51,848 nt of DNA. It comes from Minisyncoccia bacterium (GTDB taxonomy: Bacteria > Patescibacteriota > Minisyncoccia > Phycocordibacterales > UBA5272). Both the position numbers and the translations under genes were made by a program. This document shows, piece by piece, positions 8,171 to 17,844 of the stretch (position 1 is its first letter; every line of letters starts with the position of its first letter). Where the stretch lies: assembly GCA_039809325.1 (NCBI GenBank), contig JBDHUS010000002.1:1-51848 (forward strand). The letters run 5' to 3'. The notes beneath the pieces were generated by a model. That model was not told the DNA's origin. It made no database searches and worked only from the letters and a program-made list of their open reading frames with translations.

Positions 8171-8716
8171 TTATTTTACAGCAAAAGATATGATATTTTT
8201 ATCCTTAGATCTAGGACTTATCTTTTCTTGAACACCTTCTCTGTTCAAAAAAATGGTTTCTGCAAACACAGAAACTATCTCCATTTCTTCTAAATCTTCT
8301 GCTGATCTCCTTACGAAGATCTCAATAGGAGAAGAGTTGGCTCCATTATAGAGCTCTTGATTTAAAACGATGTTTAGAAAAACATCATTTTGATCTGTAA
8401 TTTTTTTCCCTGGCATAAAAATGCCATTTAATTTATAAAACAAAGTATCTATAGACTTTGTCTTATTTATTTTTATTTCTAGGGAATATAAAAGCTGTTT
8501 CCCCCCCACCCAATTATTTGGATTGTATATAAAAAAGGTTCCTATCTTTTTTACCTCTTTCTTTAGAGCGAGTGGCCCTAAATTCTGAATATTTTCAGCT
8601 TTTATATCCAAGAAATAATTCTGTGAAGGATCTCCGAAAATATTATTGTTTTTTTTACAAGAAAAAAAACAAAAAGAAAATAAAATAAATCCAAAAATAA
8701 AATAAAAATTTTTCAT
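8171..8716 (-). CDS. hypothetical lipoprotein
   Basis: 181 aa. The N-terminal signal peptide MKNFYFIFGFILFSFCFFSCKK has a lipobox-like Cys. No family recognised. Confidence 0.55.
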   Translation of the reverse strand: MKNFYFIFGFILFSFCFFSCKKNNNIFGDPSQNYFLDIKAENIQNLGPLALKKEVKKIGTFFIYNPNNWVGGKQLLYSLEIKINKTKSIDTLFYKLNGIFMPGKKITDQNDVFLNIVLNQELYNGANSSPIEIFVRRSAEDLEEMEIVSVFAETIFLNREGVQEKISPRSKDKNIISFAVK

Positions 8717-8759
8717 TTTTTAATTTTTTATGAACGATAAAATATTGTTAACTATATAC

Positions 8760-8789
8760 ATTATATCATATTAAATATATATTTGTCAA
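8760..8789 (-). promoter_or_regulatory. sigma-70-type promoter for the lipoprotein gene
   Basis: The minus strand reads TTGACA-18 nt-TATAAT, with TGA immediately 5' of the -10 element (extended -10). It lies about 45 nt upstream of the ATG at 8716. Confidence 0.5.
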
Positions 8790-8925
8790 GAGTAAAAAAG
8801 CTTAAAAGACATCTGGTTATTTATGTCAATATATTGCTTTTTAAAATATTTGTTAAAATAACAATATCTTTAAAACTAATTTAGTTTAAAGTATTCAATT
8901 TATTTGGATTAAAACTTTAAATATT

Positions 8926-11900
8926 ATGCAAGAAAAAAATATTATTAATGAAATACCTTTTATACATTTAAGAAATCATTCACAATATTCTATTTTAAAA
9001 GCTCTACCAAAAATAAAAGACTTAGTTAAAAAAGCAAAATCTTTTAATATGCCCTACTTAGCTCTTACTGATTATAATAATATGTATGGAGCTATTGAAT
9101 TTTATAAAACTTGTAAAGATAATAATATAAAACCAATACTTGGTGCTGAAATAGATATAAGGAGTTCAGCAAATTCTAAAAAAAAATATAAATTGGTATT
9201 TTTAGCAAAAGATAATAAAGGATATAAATCATTAATGACTCTAGTATCTATAGCAAATTTAAAAGATAGCAAAGATCCACATATATCTTTTTCAGATATC
9301 AAAAAAAATTTTAATAAAGATTCTGGCTTAATAATACTCTCTGCTGGTGGGGACGGAGAAATTTCTGATATTTTAACAAAAGGTCAATTTGAGAAAGCTA
9401 AAAAATATATAGAAGATATTGAAAATATTTTAGGAGAAAATACTTTTTATTTAGAAATAGTTCCTCAAAATTATTTTGAATTTTCAGAAAAAATAAAAGA
9501 AAATACTATAAAATTTGCGAAAGAGTTTTTAAAAGAAGAATATAGACTTATAGCTACTCAAAATCCACATTATTTACTAGAAAATGATAAGTCCGCACAA
9601 AAAGTGCTTTTTAATATTCATGGTGAAGAAGAAGATGATGCTATTTTTCAATATAAATTTGCGAAAAATGATTTTTCTTTTATTGATACCAAAAAAGCTA
9701 CAGATTTATTTAAAAATATTAAAGATATTTATAATATAGATTTAATAAAAAATAATTTTAAATTAGCTGAAAGTCTGGATACAGAAATAGAGCTTGGCAA
9801 GTGGCACTTTCCAAATATTGCAAAAGATTATGAAAAAGAATTATCTACTGGTCAAACTCTGGATGATGTATTAAAAAGAATTGCTATAGAAGGTATAGAA
9901 AAAAGAAAAATAGAAGAAGAAAGAATAAATGAAGTAAAAGAAAGATTATTTTATGAGCTTGATATTATAAAAACAAAAGGATATGCCCCATACTTTTTAG
10001 TAGTATATGATATGTTAAAGTATGCTGATGATAATGGAATTCTTACAAATATTAGAGGATCTGTCGCAGGAAGTATGACTACATATTTACTTTTTATTAC
10101 TAAATGTGATCCTCTTATTTATCAAATACCATTTGAAAGATTTCTAAACCCAGAAAGACCTTCTGCCCCTGACATAGATATGGACTATGCTGACGATAAG
10201 CGTGATGAAATGATTAACTATGTACGAAAAAAATATGGAGAAAAAAATGTAGCCCAGATAGGAACATTTGGAACAATGCTTGCACGAGGAGCTGTGAAAG
10301 ATGTTGCCCGGGCACTAAAATATCCATATTCTCTAGGTGATAGAATATCAAAATTAATCCCTATGCCGAAGCAAGGATTCCCTGTTTTTATTAATAATGC
10401 GATAAAAGAAGTCGACGAATTAAAAAAAATGTATGACACAGATAGAGAAGTAAGCATTATTATAGATATGGCAAAAAAGGTGGAAGGATTAGTGAGACAT
10501 ATTGGAGTTCATGCTGCGGGAGTAGTTATAGCTCCTGATGATATAAAAAATTATACAGCTATTCAATATGATCCAAAAGGAGAGGGAAAAATAATTACTC
10601 AATATGACATGCATTCGGTTGATGAAAATAATGCAGGGCTTTTAAAATTTGACTTTTTAGGAATTAGAAATCTTACTATTTTAAAAACAGCTATTGATAT
10701 AGTAGAAAAAAGATATAAAATAAGAATAAATATAGAAGAAATAGATTTGAATGATAAAAAAACTTTTAATTTACTCTCTAAAGGAGAAACTATAGGACTA
10801 TTTCAACTAAATGGTTCAGGTATGACAAAATTTTTAAAAGAACTAAAGCCTACAACTATTTATGATATAAATGCTATGGTCGCTCTATATCGTCCGGGAC
10901 CAATAAATAATATTCCAATATATATAGAAAGAAAGCATAATCCAAAACTTGTATCATATTTATATAATGATACAAATTTAAAAGAAATATTAGAAAAAAC
11001 TTTTGGAGTATTAGTATATCAAGATGATCTTTTACTTATGAGTATCAAAATAGCAGGATATTCTTGGGGAGAAGCTGATAAATTTCGTAAAGCAGTAGGT
11101 AAAAAGATACCAGAAGAAATGCAAAAACAAAAAGAAAAATTTATAAATGGTTGTATTACACATTCTTCTTGGCCAAAAGAAAAAGCTGAAGAGCTTTGGG
11201 AATGGATAGAGCCTTTTGCAGCATATGGATTTAATAAAGCACACTCTGCATCATATGGAAGAGTCGCATATCAAACTGCTTTTATGAAAGCAAATTATCC
11301 TGTTGCTTTTATGACAGCTATACTTTCTGAAGAATCTGGAGATATAGACAAGATATCTGAAATTGTAACGGAATGCCTCCGAATGCAAATAGAAGTATTA
11401 CCGCCAAATGTTAACTATTCTTTAGGTGGATTCTCTATTGTAGAGAATGAAAATGATAAAAAATATAAAGAGTCTATAAGATTTGGATTGTATACAATAA
11501 AAAATCTTGGCACAAATATAGCTAATGCTATCATAAAAGAAAGAGAAAAGAATGGTAAATTTAAAAATTTAGAAGATTTTATAAATAGAATACATCATAA
11601 AGATTTAAATAAAAAATCTCTAGAATCTCTTATAATGTGTGGAGCTATGGATGAATTAGGAGAAAGGAATGAAATGCTTTTCAATGTAGATTCACTCTTG
11701 GATTATCATAAAAAGCAAGTAAAAGATAATAAATCACAGCACAACTTATTTAATCTTTTTGAAGAAGATATTTCTAGTTTCAAATTAAAAAAGACGGAAA
11801 AAGCTACTCAAGAAGAAAAGTTGAAATGGGAAAAAGAATTAATTGGGTGTTATATTTCTGGATCTCCTCTTGATAAATGGAAAGATAAAATACTAGATAG

Positions 11901-12201
11901 AAATATTAATATAAAAAATATTTTAGACGAGGCGAATGCTGAGGTTTTGATTAATAAAAATGTTCGCCTACCTGTATTAATAGATAAAATCAAAATAACA
12001 AAAACAAAACAAGGAGAACTTATGGCATTGCTTAAGGTTTCAGATATTACAGGAAGCTTTGAAGTTGCTGTATTTCCAAAAAATTATAAAAATATAAAAG
12101 AAAAAATAATCATAAACACACCCTTGCTACTAATTGGTAAAATAGCTGAAAAAAATGGAGAAAAAACAATGATTATAGAGAAAATAGAAATATTAAAATA
12201 A
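8926..12201 (+). CDS. dnaE: DNA polymerase III alpha subunit
   Basis: 1091 aa with an N-terminal PHP domain (FIHLRNHSQYSILKA), the polymerase core (PDIDMDY, GVHAAGVVI, KFDFLGIRNLT, ALYRPGP) and a C-terminal OB fold. Confidence 0.95.
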   Translation: MQEKNIINEIPFIHLRNHSQYSILKALPKIKDLVKKAKSFNMPYLALTDYNNMYGAIEFYKTCKDNNIKPILGAEIDIRSSANSKKKYKLVFLAKDNKGYKSLMTLVSIANLKDSKDPHISFSDIKKNFNKDSGLIILSAGGDGEISDILTKGQFEKAKKYIEDIENILGENTFYLEIVPQNYFEFSEKIKENTIKFAKEFLKEEYRLIATQNPHYLLENDKSAQKVLFNIHGEEEDDAIFQYKFAKNDFSFIDTKKATDLFKNIKDIYNIDLIKNNFKLAESLDTEIELGKWHFPNIAKDYEKELSTGQTLDDVLKRIAIEGIEKRKIEEERINEVKERLFYELDIIKTKGYAPYFLVVYDMLKYADDNGILTNIRGSVAGSMTTYLLFITKCDPLIYQIPFERFLNPERPSAPDIDMDYADDKRDEMINYVRKKYGEKNVAQIGTFGTMLARGAVKDVARALKYPYSLGDRISKLIPMPKQGFPVFINNAIKEVDELKKMYDTDREVSIIIDMAKKVEGLVRHIGVHAAGVVIAPDDIKNYTAIQYDPKGEGKIITQYDMHSVDENNAGLLKFDFLGIRNLTILKTAIDIVEKRYKIRINIEEIDLNDKKTFNLLSKGETIGLFQLNGSGMTKFLKELKPTTIYDINAMVALYRPGPINNIPIYIERKHNPKLVSYLYNDTNLKEILEKTFGVLVYQDDLLLMSIKIAGYSWGEADKFRKAVGKKIPEEMQKQKEKFINGCITHSSWPKEKAEELWEWIEPFAAYGFNKAHSASYGRVAYQTAFMKANYPVAFMTAILSEESGDIDKISEIVTECLRMQIEVLPPNVNYSLGGFSIVENENDKKYKESIRFGLYTIKNLGTNIANAIIKEREKNGKFKNLEDFINRIHHKDLNKKSLESLIMCGAMDELGERNEMLFNVDSLLDYHKKQVKDNKSQHNLFNLFEEDISSFKLKKTEKATQEEKLKWEKELIGCYISGSPLDKWKDKILDRNINIKNILDEANAEVLINKNVRLPVLIDKIKITKTKQGELMALLKVSDITGSFEVAVFPKNYKNIKEKIIINTPLLLIGKIAEKNGEKTMIIEKIEILK

Positions 12202-12216
12202 TTAAATGGAAATCTT

Positions 12217-12245
12217 TTGACAAGATTTTATAAATAGGTTATTAT
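12217..12245 (+). promoter_or_regulatory. sigma-70-type promoter of the GC-rich cassette gene
   Basis: TTGACA (12217-12222), a 17-nt spacer, then TATTAT (12240-12245). It lies about 65 nt upstream of the ATG at 12312. Confidence 0.55.
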
Positions 12246-12311
12246 TATGAAGGTTTATTCTGGAGCATACCAATATTAAAACTGCTCTAAAATTCTTTAA
12301 AATTTTTAAAA

Positions 12312-13646
12312 ATGAAAAAAAATCTATTTTTACTGATTATCCTCTTGACTGCGGCAACTTTTGTTTTTGCTCAGTCCTATCCTGACAACATCTATGGCAT
12401 TCGTGCTACAAATAGTGGCACAAGTATCATTAAAATGGGTTTTCACCCAAACACTGGTGCTTACAGTGGAAGTTATTCCACTGTAAGAAACATTAATTAT
12501 TCTGTAGCCTTAGCCTACGCACCCAATGGGTATTTCTACTACATTGATGGTGATTACGGTGAAGGAGATGGAAAATTTGATCTGTATGCTGTAAAGGCTG
12601 ATGGGTCAACCAGCTTCCGCGTTGTTAATAATTTTGATGCTAACGGATCTTCGGATGACGAATTAGGATTTGTAAGGCTGGGGTCAACCAAGAGTGGACT
12701 CTTGGTAATTATTTCCAAAAATGAAGGGAATAATAAAATTTATGCAACTACCGTACAGACAAAGCCTGATGGTACAGTGCAGTCACCCGTAAACAAAGGA
12801 GAACTCACCACGTCCGACAATTCTAATAAAAACTTTAAAAATGGGGACTTGGTAATTGACGCAAATGATATGATCTATGTGCTAGCAAATAATGATGGCA
12901 CACAGACTACGGGGATTTACAAAATATCCGTGGCAGACCTTTCAGGTTCAAAAATCTTAACAAAATCTTGGACGCTGCTTGACCAAAGTGGCAACAAATT
13001 TACAAATCGAGTAAATGGGGTTGCGTGGTCTTCAACTGGTTCTCTTTTCATCAGTGATGATGAAGACGTATACTTTGTGGATCAAAACACTGTAAATACT
13101 GCTGGTCCTGGTACAGTAAAAGCAAAAAAGGTATCAAAGTCACCTGATGGTCTGACAGACCTTGCTAGCATTTATTGTCCAGAAGAAACAAACTTACCCG
13201 TTGTTTGGGGTTCTGTTTCGGCTAAAACAGCCGGAAATAATATTGTGGTTAATTTCACAACAGAAACAGAAACCAACAATGATCATTTTGAACTTCTTGG
13301 TTCAAATGATGGAAATAATTTTGTAAAAATTGCTGAAGTGAAGAGCAAAGCCACAAATGGAAACTCTTCAACCGCAATTAATTACGAAATTACGATTCCA
13401 ATATCTGGAAAAGTTGCATTAGGATTTTCAGTTCTGGGTTTACTTGGTTTTGGTTTAATACCGAACAAGAAAAAGAGACTGACTGCAGGAGTTATTGCGT
13501 TTATTATTGCAACACTTTTTGCTTGTAGTAAAAATTCTGATTCAATAAATACCGATTCAGAAACAAACTATAAGTTTGTAAAAGTGGTGCAAGTCGACAA
13601 AGACGGGAAGACGTATGCGTCGAAAGTGATTTCTGTAAAAAACTAA
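12312..13646 (+). CDS. secreted/surface protein with Bacteroidota-like signal peptide and C-terminal domain; compositionally foreign
   Basis: 444 aa. It has signal peptide MKKNLFLLIILLTAATFVFAQ and a repeat-like beta-rich body. Near the C-terminus it reads W..V.A......V.F.TETETNNDHFELLGSNDGNNF..IAEVKSKATNGNSST.INYEI, then ...YKFVKVVQVDKDGKTYASKVISV. Two hydrophobic segments interrupt that terminal domain. G+C is visibly higher than in neighbouring genes. Confidence 0.7.
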   Translation: MKKNLFLLIILLTAATFVFAQSYPDNIYGIRATNSGTSIIKMGFHPNTGAYSGSYSTVRNINYSVALAYAPNGYFYYIDGDYGEGDGKFDLYAVKADGSTSFRVVNNFDANGSSDDELGFVRLGSTKSGLLVIISKNEGNNKIYATTVQTKPDGTVQSPVNKGELTTSDNSNKNFKNGDLVIDANDMIYVLANNDGTQTTGIYKISVADLSGSKILTKSWTLLDQSGNKFTNRVNGVAWSSTGSLFISDDEDVYFVDQNTVNTAGPGTVKAKKVSKSPDGLTDLASIYCPEETNLPVVWGSVSAKTAGNNIVVNFTTETETNNDHFELLGSNDGNNFVKIAEVKSKATNGNSSTAINYEITIPISGKVALGFSVLGLLGFGLIPNKKKRLTAGVIAFIIATLFACSKNSDSINTDSETNYKFVKVVQVDKDGKTYASKVISVKN

Positions 13647-13665
13647 AAAGCCTATACAATAGGCC

Positions 13666-13695
13666 AAAGCCGCTGAGAAATCAGCGGCTTTTTTC
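13666..13695 (+). terminator. rho-independent terminator
   Basis: Stem AAAGCCGCTGA / TCAGCGGCTTT (11 bp, loop GAAA) followed by a T-run. A smaller hairpin, GCCTAT-ACA-ATAGGC (13650-13664), precedes it. Confidence 0.8.
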
Positions 13696-13734
13696 ATTTG
13701 CAAAAATCTTTACTTTTGATATAATGTATTCATC

Positions 13735-13953
13735 ATGAATTGGGTATTAACTATAATCACAATTATCTCTGTATTGTTAGTAATTCTAATACTTCTCCAA
13801 AAAACCAACACTGATGGTGCTGGACTTGGTGGTGGGGATTCTCTTGGAATTAATAATAAAAAAAGAGGTTTAGAAAAAACTTTGTTTCAGACTACTATAA
13901 TAGTTTCTATACTTTTTGTTGTGTTTAATCTTTTTGCTCTATTCGTAAGATAA
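13735..13953 (+). CDS. secG: preprotein translocase subunit SecG
   Basis: 72 aa with two TM helices flanking a Gly-rich loop, LLQKTNTDGAGLGGGDSLG. Confidence 0.7.
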   Translation: MNWVLTIITIISVLLVILILLQKTNTDGAGLGGGDSLGINNKKRGLEKTLFQTTIIVSILFVVFNLFALFVR

Positions 13954-14033
13954 TTTTTATATATTATTTTATTTTACATAAAATGTAATAAAATCTTTTG
14001 TATAAACTAGATTGATTAATTTTTAATAAAAAA

Positions 14034-15926
14034 ATGAAAAATCAAAAACAAAAAAAAGAATCCAAAAAAACTACTCCTCTTTCGCTTGAAGATGACATAT
14101 ATAATAGTGATTTGAAAGAAGAAAAGAATAAAGAAGTCGTCAAGATGGAAGCTTATGCTAATGATTTGAAAAATGAAATGTTAGAAAGTGTTAATATAGA
14201 ATTAGAAAAAAAAATTAAAAAATTAAAAAAGAGACATACATATTCTAATTTTAAAAAACGATGGGAAATTATTAAATCATCATATATATTAAGCTATAAA
14301 TCTTTAAGTTCTAAAAAAATTTTCTTTTTTTGGATTAGTTTAATGCTAGGATTTGTTTTCTTATTTTTAACTTTAAATACAATAAGTAATAAACTTTTAA
14401 TTAATATTCCAACTTATGGAGGCTCTTGGAATGAAGGAATTATAGGAGTTCCTAGATATATTAATCCAGTACTAGCATCCTCTTTGCCTGATAAAGATAT
14501 GACTAAATTAATTTTTGCTGGCCTTCTTAAAAAAGATGTAAATGGAAATCTTGTAAATGATATAGCTAAAAATCTTGAAAAAAGTGAAGACGGATTAACA
14601 TATACAATAACTATTTCGGATGAAGCGAAATTTCAAGATAATATTTATATTACATCAGATGATATAATATTCACAATAGAAAAAATCCAAGATAAAAATA
14701 TAAACAGTCCTCTTAGAATAAATTTTGAAGGAGTTACTGTTGAAAAAATAAATGAAAAGACAATAGTATTTCACCTCAAAAAACCATATTTATATTTTGA
14801 AGAAAATTTAACTTTTGGGATTTTACCAAAACATATTTTAGGAGAGATTCCTAATGAAGCATTCTTAATATCAGAATTTAATACTAATCCAATAGGTTCT
14901 GGGCCTTATAAAATAGATAATATTATAAAAGAAGCTAATGTACCAAAAGAATATAATCTTATTTCTAATAGAAACTATATAGGAGGTAGGCCTTTTATAA
15001 ATAATTTAAATATATTTATTTATCAAAATACTGAAGATTTATTAAAGGCTTTTAATAATAATACAATAGAAGCTACTGCATATTTAGATCAAAATTATTT
15101 TTCTGATATAAATAATAAAGAATATTTTATTACACATAGTAAATTACCTAATATTTTTATGTTATCATTTAACCCAAACAAAAATAAAGCTTTCTCTTCT
15201 AGAAATACTCGGCTATTTTTAGAAAATAAAATAGATAAAGATTTCATAGTAAATAATATATTTTCTAATTATGTATCAAAAAAGGACGGATTTTTTGGTG
15301 ATGAGAATAGTTTGTTTGCCTCACAAGAGACTGATATAAAATTATCAGAAACGGATTTAGAAATAAATATAACAACTGCAGATATTGAAGATTTAAAAAA
15401 GGTTGCAAATATTGTTGCGGATGAATGGAGAGAACAAGGACTAAAAGTCAATGTTATAGTTTATAATTTAAATGAGTTGGCTGATATAATTAAAAATAGA
15501 AACTTTGAAGTACTTTTATTCGGATTTACTTTAGAAAAAGATACTGATCTTTTTGCCTATTGGCATTCAAGTCAGCGTAATTATCCTGGGCTTAATATAA
15601 CAAATTATGCTAGTACCAATCTTGATAAAAATCTAGATATTTTAAAAAATAGTATAAATAAGACGGAAAGAAAAAAAGCTTTAATAGAAATAAATGAAGA
15701 ATTATCAAAAGAATTGCCAGCAATACCAATATACTCAAATAATTTAAACTATATAATAAAGAATAATTCTTCAAAAAAGATGCTAGAAAATAAGATTCCT
15801 TATTCTTTATATACTTCAAGTGAAAGATTTATAGATATATATAATTGGTATAAATTAGAAGAAAAGGTTTGGAAATTTACTTTTAATAGAAATTTAATAG
15901 AAAAATTATCAAATTTAATACATTAG
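14034..15926 (+). CDS. membrane-anchored ABC-type solute-binding protein, family 5 (peptide/nickel type)
   Basis: 630 aa with a charged N-terminus and one TM helix (FFFWISLMLGFVFLFLTL). The body is SBP_bac_5-like (GGSWNEGIIG.PRYINP, GSGPYK, WHSSQ). No permease or ATPase genes are adjacent. Confidence 0.7.
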   Translation: MKNQKQKKESKKTTPLSLEDDIYNSDLKEEKNKEVVKMEAYANDLKNEMLESVNIELEKKIKKLKKRHTYSNFKKRWEIIKSSYILSYKSLSSKKIFFFWISLMLGFVFLFLTLNTISNKLLINIPTYGGSWNEGIIGVPRYINPVLASSLPDKDMTKLIFAGLLKKDVNGNLVNDIAKNLEKSEDGLTYTITISDEAKFQDNIYITSDDIIFTIEKIQDKNINSPLRINFEGVTVEKINEKTIVFHLKKPYLYFEENLTFGILPKHILGEIPNEAFLISEFNTNPIGSGPYKIDNIIKEANVPKEYNLISNRNYIGGRPFINNLNIFIYQNTEDLLKAFNNNTIEATAYLDQNYFSDINNKEYFITHSKLPNIFMLSFNPNKNKAFSSRNTRLFLENKIDKDFIVNNIFSNYVSKKDGFFGDENSLFASQETDIKLSETDLEINITTADIEDLKKVANIVADEWREQGLKVNVIVYNLNELADIIKNRNFEVLLFGFTLEKDTDLFAYWHSSQRNYPGLNITNYASTNLDKNLDILKNSINKTERKKALIEINEELSKELPAIPIYSNNLNYIIKNNSSKKMLENKIPYSLYTSSERFIDIYNWYKLEEKVWKFTFNRNLIEKLSNLIH

Positions 15927-15940
15927 AAAATCAAAAAAAT

Positions 15941-17824
15941 ATGAACATAAATAATAAAAGAAATAATATGAAAAACAATATTAAAAATACAAATATTAAG
16001 ACAGCCAAGGAACGTGTAAGTAGAAGTAGTTATGCCAATATGAGTAAAAGATCTAGCTCTCGTCCTCCTATTAGAAATAAAAAGAATTCTGGACCAAAAT
16101 TTGAAACTAAAATATCAGAAGCTACAGAATTAGCACATATACCAATCCTTGCTGAAGACTCTATTAGAATTATTAATTTAGGTGGCGTAGAAGAAATTGG
16201 TAGAAATATGAGTTGTATAGAATACAAAGATTCTATAATAGTGATAGATTGTGGATTTCAATTCTCAGAAAGTACAACACCAGGAGTAGAGTGTATACTT
16301 CCAAATACTAGATATCTTGAAGAAAATAAACATAAAATAAAAGGTATGCTTATTACTCATGGACATCTTGATCATATAGGAGCTATACCTTATATTTTAC
16401 CTAGAATTGGAAACCCGAAAATATATTCTCGTCAATTTACTGCACTCATGATTAAAAAGCGACATGAAGAATTTCCACATCTTGATCCATTAAATATAGA
16501 AATAATAGAAACAGATGATGTGGTTGAGCTTGGAGATTTTAAAGCTAGATTTTTTGCAGTGTCACATGCTATTCCAGACTCAATGGGCTTAATTATCGAG
16601 ACTCCTTTTGGAGATATAGTACACACTGGAGACTTACGTCTTGATCATGATAATGGAGTGCCTACAGAAGCAGAAATTGAAAGATATAAAATATTTGAAA
16701 ATAGAAATATTTTATGTCTTATGACTGACTCTACAAACTGCGAAAATCCAGGATTTTCACTTTCTGATAGAGTAATTTTTGAAAATATAAGAAAAATAAT
16801 TAGAGATACTAAAGGTAGACTTATTATTGCAACATTCTCTTCACAAGTAGAAAGAATGCTAGAGATTATGAAAATGATTGAAGCATATGGTAAAAAAATT
16901 GTAGTAGAAGGGAGAAGTATTAAAACTAATATTGAAATTTCAAAAGCAGCTGGACTTTTAAAGTCTGATCCTAATATTATTATACCAATTGAAGAGATGG
17001 AAAATTATCCAGAAGACAGAGTAGTTATACTATCAACAGGAGCTCAAGGAGAAGAGTTTGCAGTCTTAAATAGGGCTGCAAATGGAATGCATAAATATAT
17101 TAAACTTAATAAGAATACTAGTATTTTGATGTCTTCTTCTATAGTTCCTGGTAATGAAAGAGCTGTTCAAATGTTGAAAGATAAACTATCAAGACGTGGA
17201 GCACATATTATACACTATAAAACTTCAGATGTTCATTCATCAGGACATGCTAATCATGATGAATTAGTTTGGATTCATCAAAAGATTCATCCAAAATTCT
17301 TTATTCCTGTTCATGGATATCATTATATGTTACGAGTTCATGCTGATATTGAAAGAAGCTTAGGTATGCCAGAAGAGAATATTATTATTCCTGATAATGG
17401 TATGATAGTAGAAATACAAAATAAAGGTGAAAAAATAGTATCTTTAAGAGAGTATGCTCCGAACGAGATGTTAATAGTAGACGGGATGAATGTTGGAAAA
17501 ATACAAGATGTTGTTATGCGTGACAGACAAACACTTGCAGAAGATGGCATGTTTGTGGTTATTGGTGTTATAGATAATCATACTAAAAAATTAAAAAAAT
17601 CACCTGATTTAATATCTAGAGGATTCGTTTATTTAAAAGAATCTCAAGAACTTTTATATCAAACAAGATCACTTTCTAAAAAAATAATAGAAGAAGAAAT
17701 AAATAAAAATATAAGTATAAGTATGGATGATATTAAAAATCATCTTAATGAAGCTATTTCTAAATTCTTACTTCAAAAAACAGCAAAAAGACCTGTAATT
17801 ATCCCTGTAATAATTGTGGTATAA
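15941..17824 (+). CDS. rnj: ribonuclease J
   Basis: 627 aa. The metallo-beta-lactamase motif is HGHLDHIGAIP, and the beta-CASP region includes MTDSTN and HSSGHANHDEL. About 75 aa of basic N-terminal extension precede the conserved IRIINLGGVEEIG start. Confidence 0.9.
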   Translation: MNINNKRNNMKNNIKNTNIKTAKERVSRSSYANMSKRSSSRPPIRNKKNSGPKFETKISEATELAHIPILAEDSIRIINLGGVEEIGRNMSCIEYKDSIIVIDCGFQFSESTTPGVECILPNTRYLEENKHKIKGMLITHGHLDHIGAIPYILPRIGNPKIYSRQFTALMIKKRHEEFPHLDPLNIEIIETDDVVELGDFKARFFAVSHAIPDSMGLIIETPFGDIVHTGDLRLDHDNGVPTEAEIERYKIFENRNILCLMTDSTNCENPGFSLSDRVIFENIRKIIRDTKGRLIIATFSSQVERMLEIMKMIEAYGKKIVVEGRSIKTNIEISKAAGLLKSDPNIIIPIEEMENYPEDRVVILSTGAQGEEFAVLNRAANGMHKYIKLNKNTSILMSSSIVPGNERAVQMLKDKLSRRGAHIIHYKTSDVHSSGHANHDELVWIHQKIHPKFFIPVHGYHYMLRVHADIERSLGMPEENIIIPDNGMIVEIQNKGEKIVSLREYAPNEMLIVDGMNVGKIQDVVMRDRQTLAEDGMFVVIGVIDNHTKKLKKSPDLISRGFVYLKESQELLYQTRSLSKKIIEEEINKNISISMDDIKNHLNEAISKFLLQKTAKRPVIIPVIIVV

Positions 17825-17844
17825 TATTATAATAAATAAGCTTT

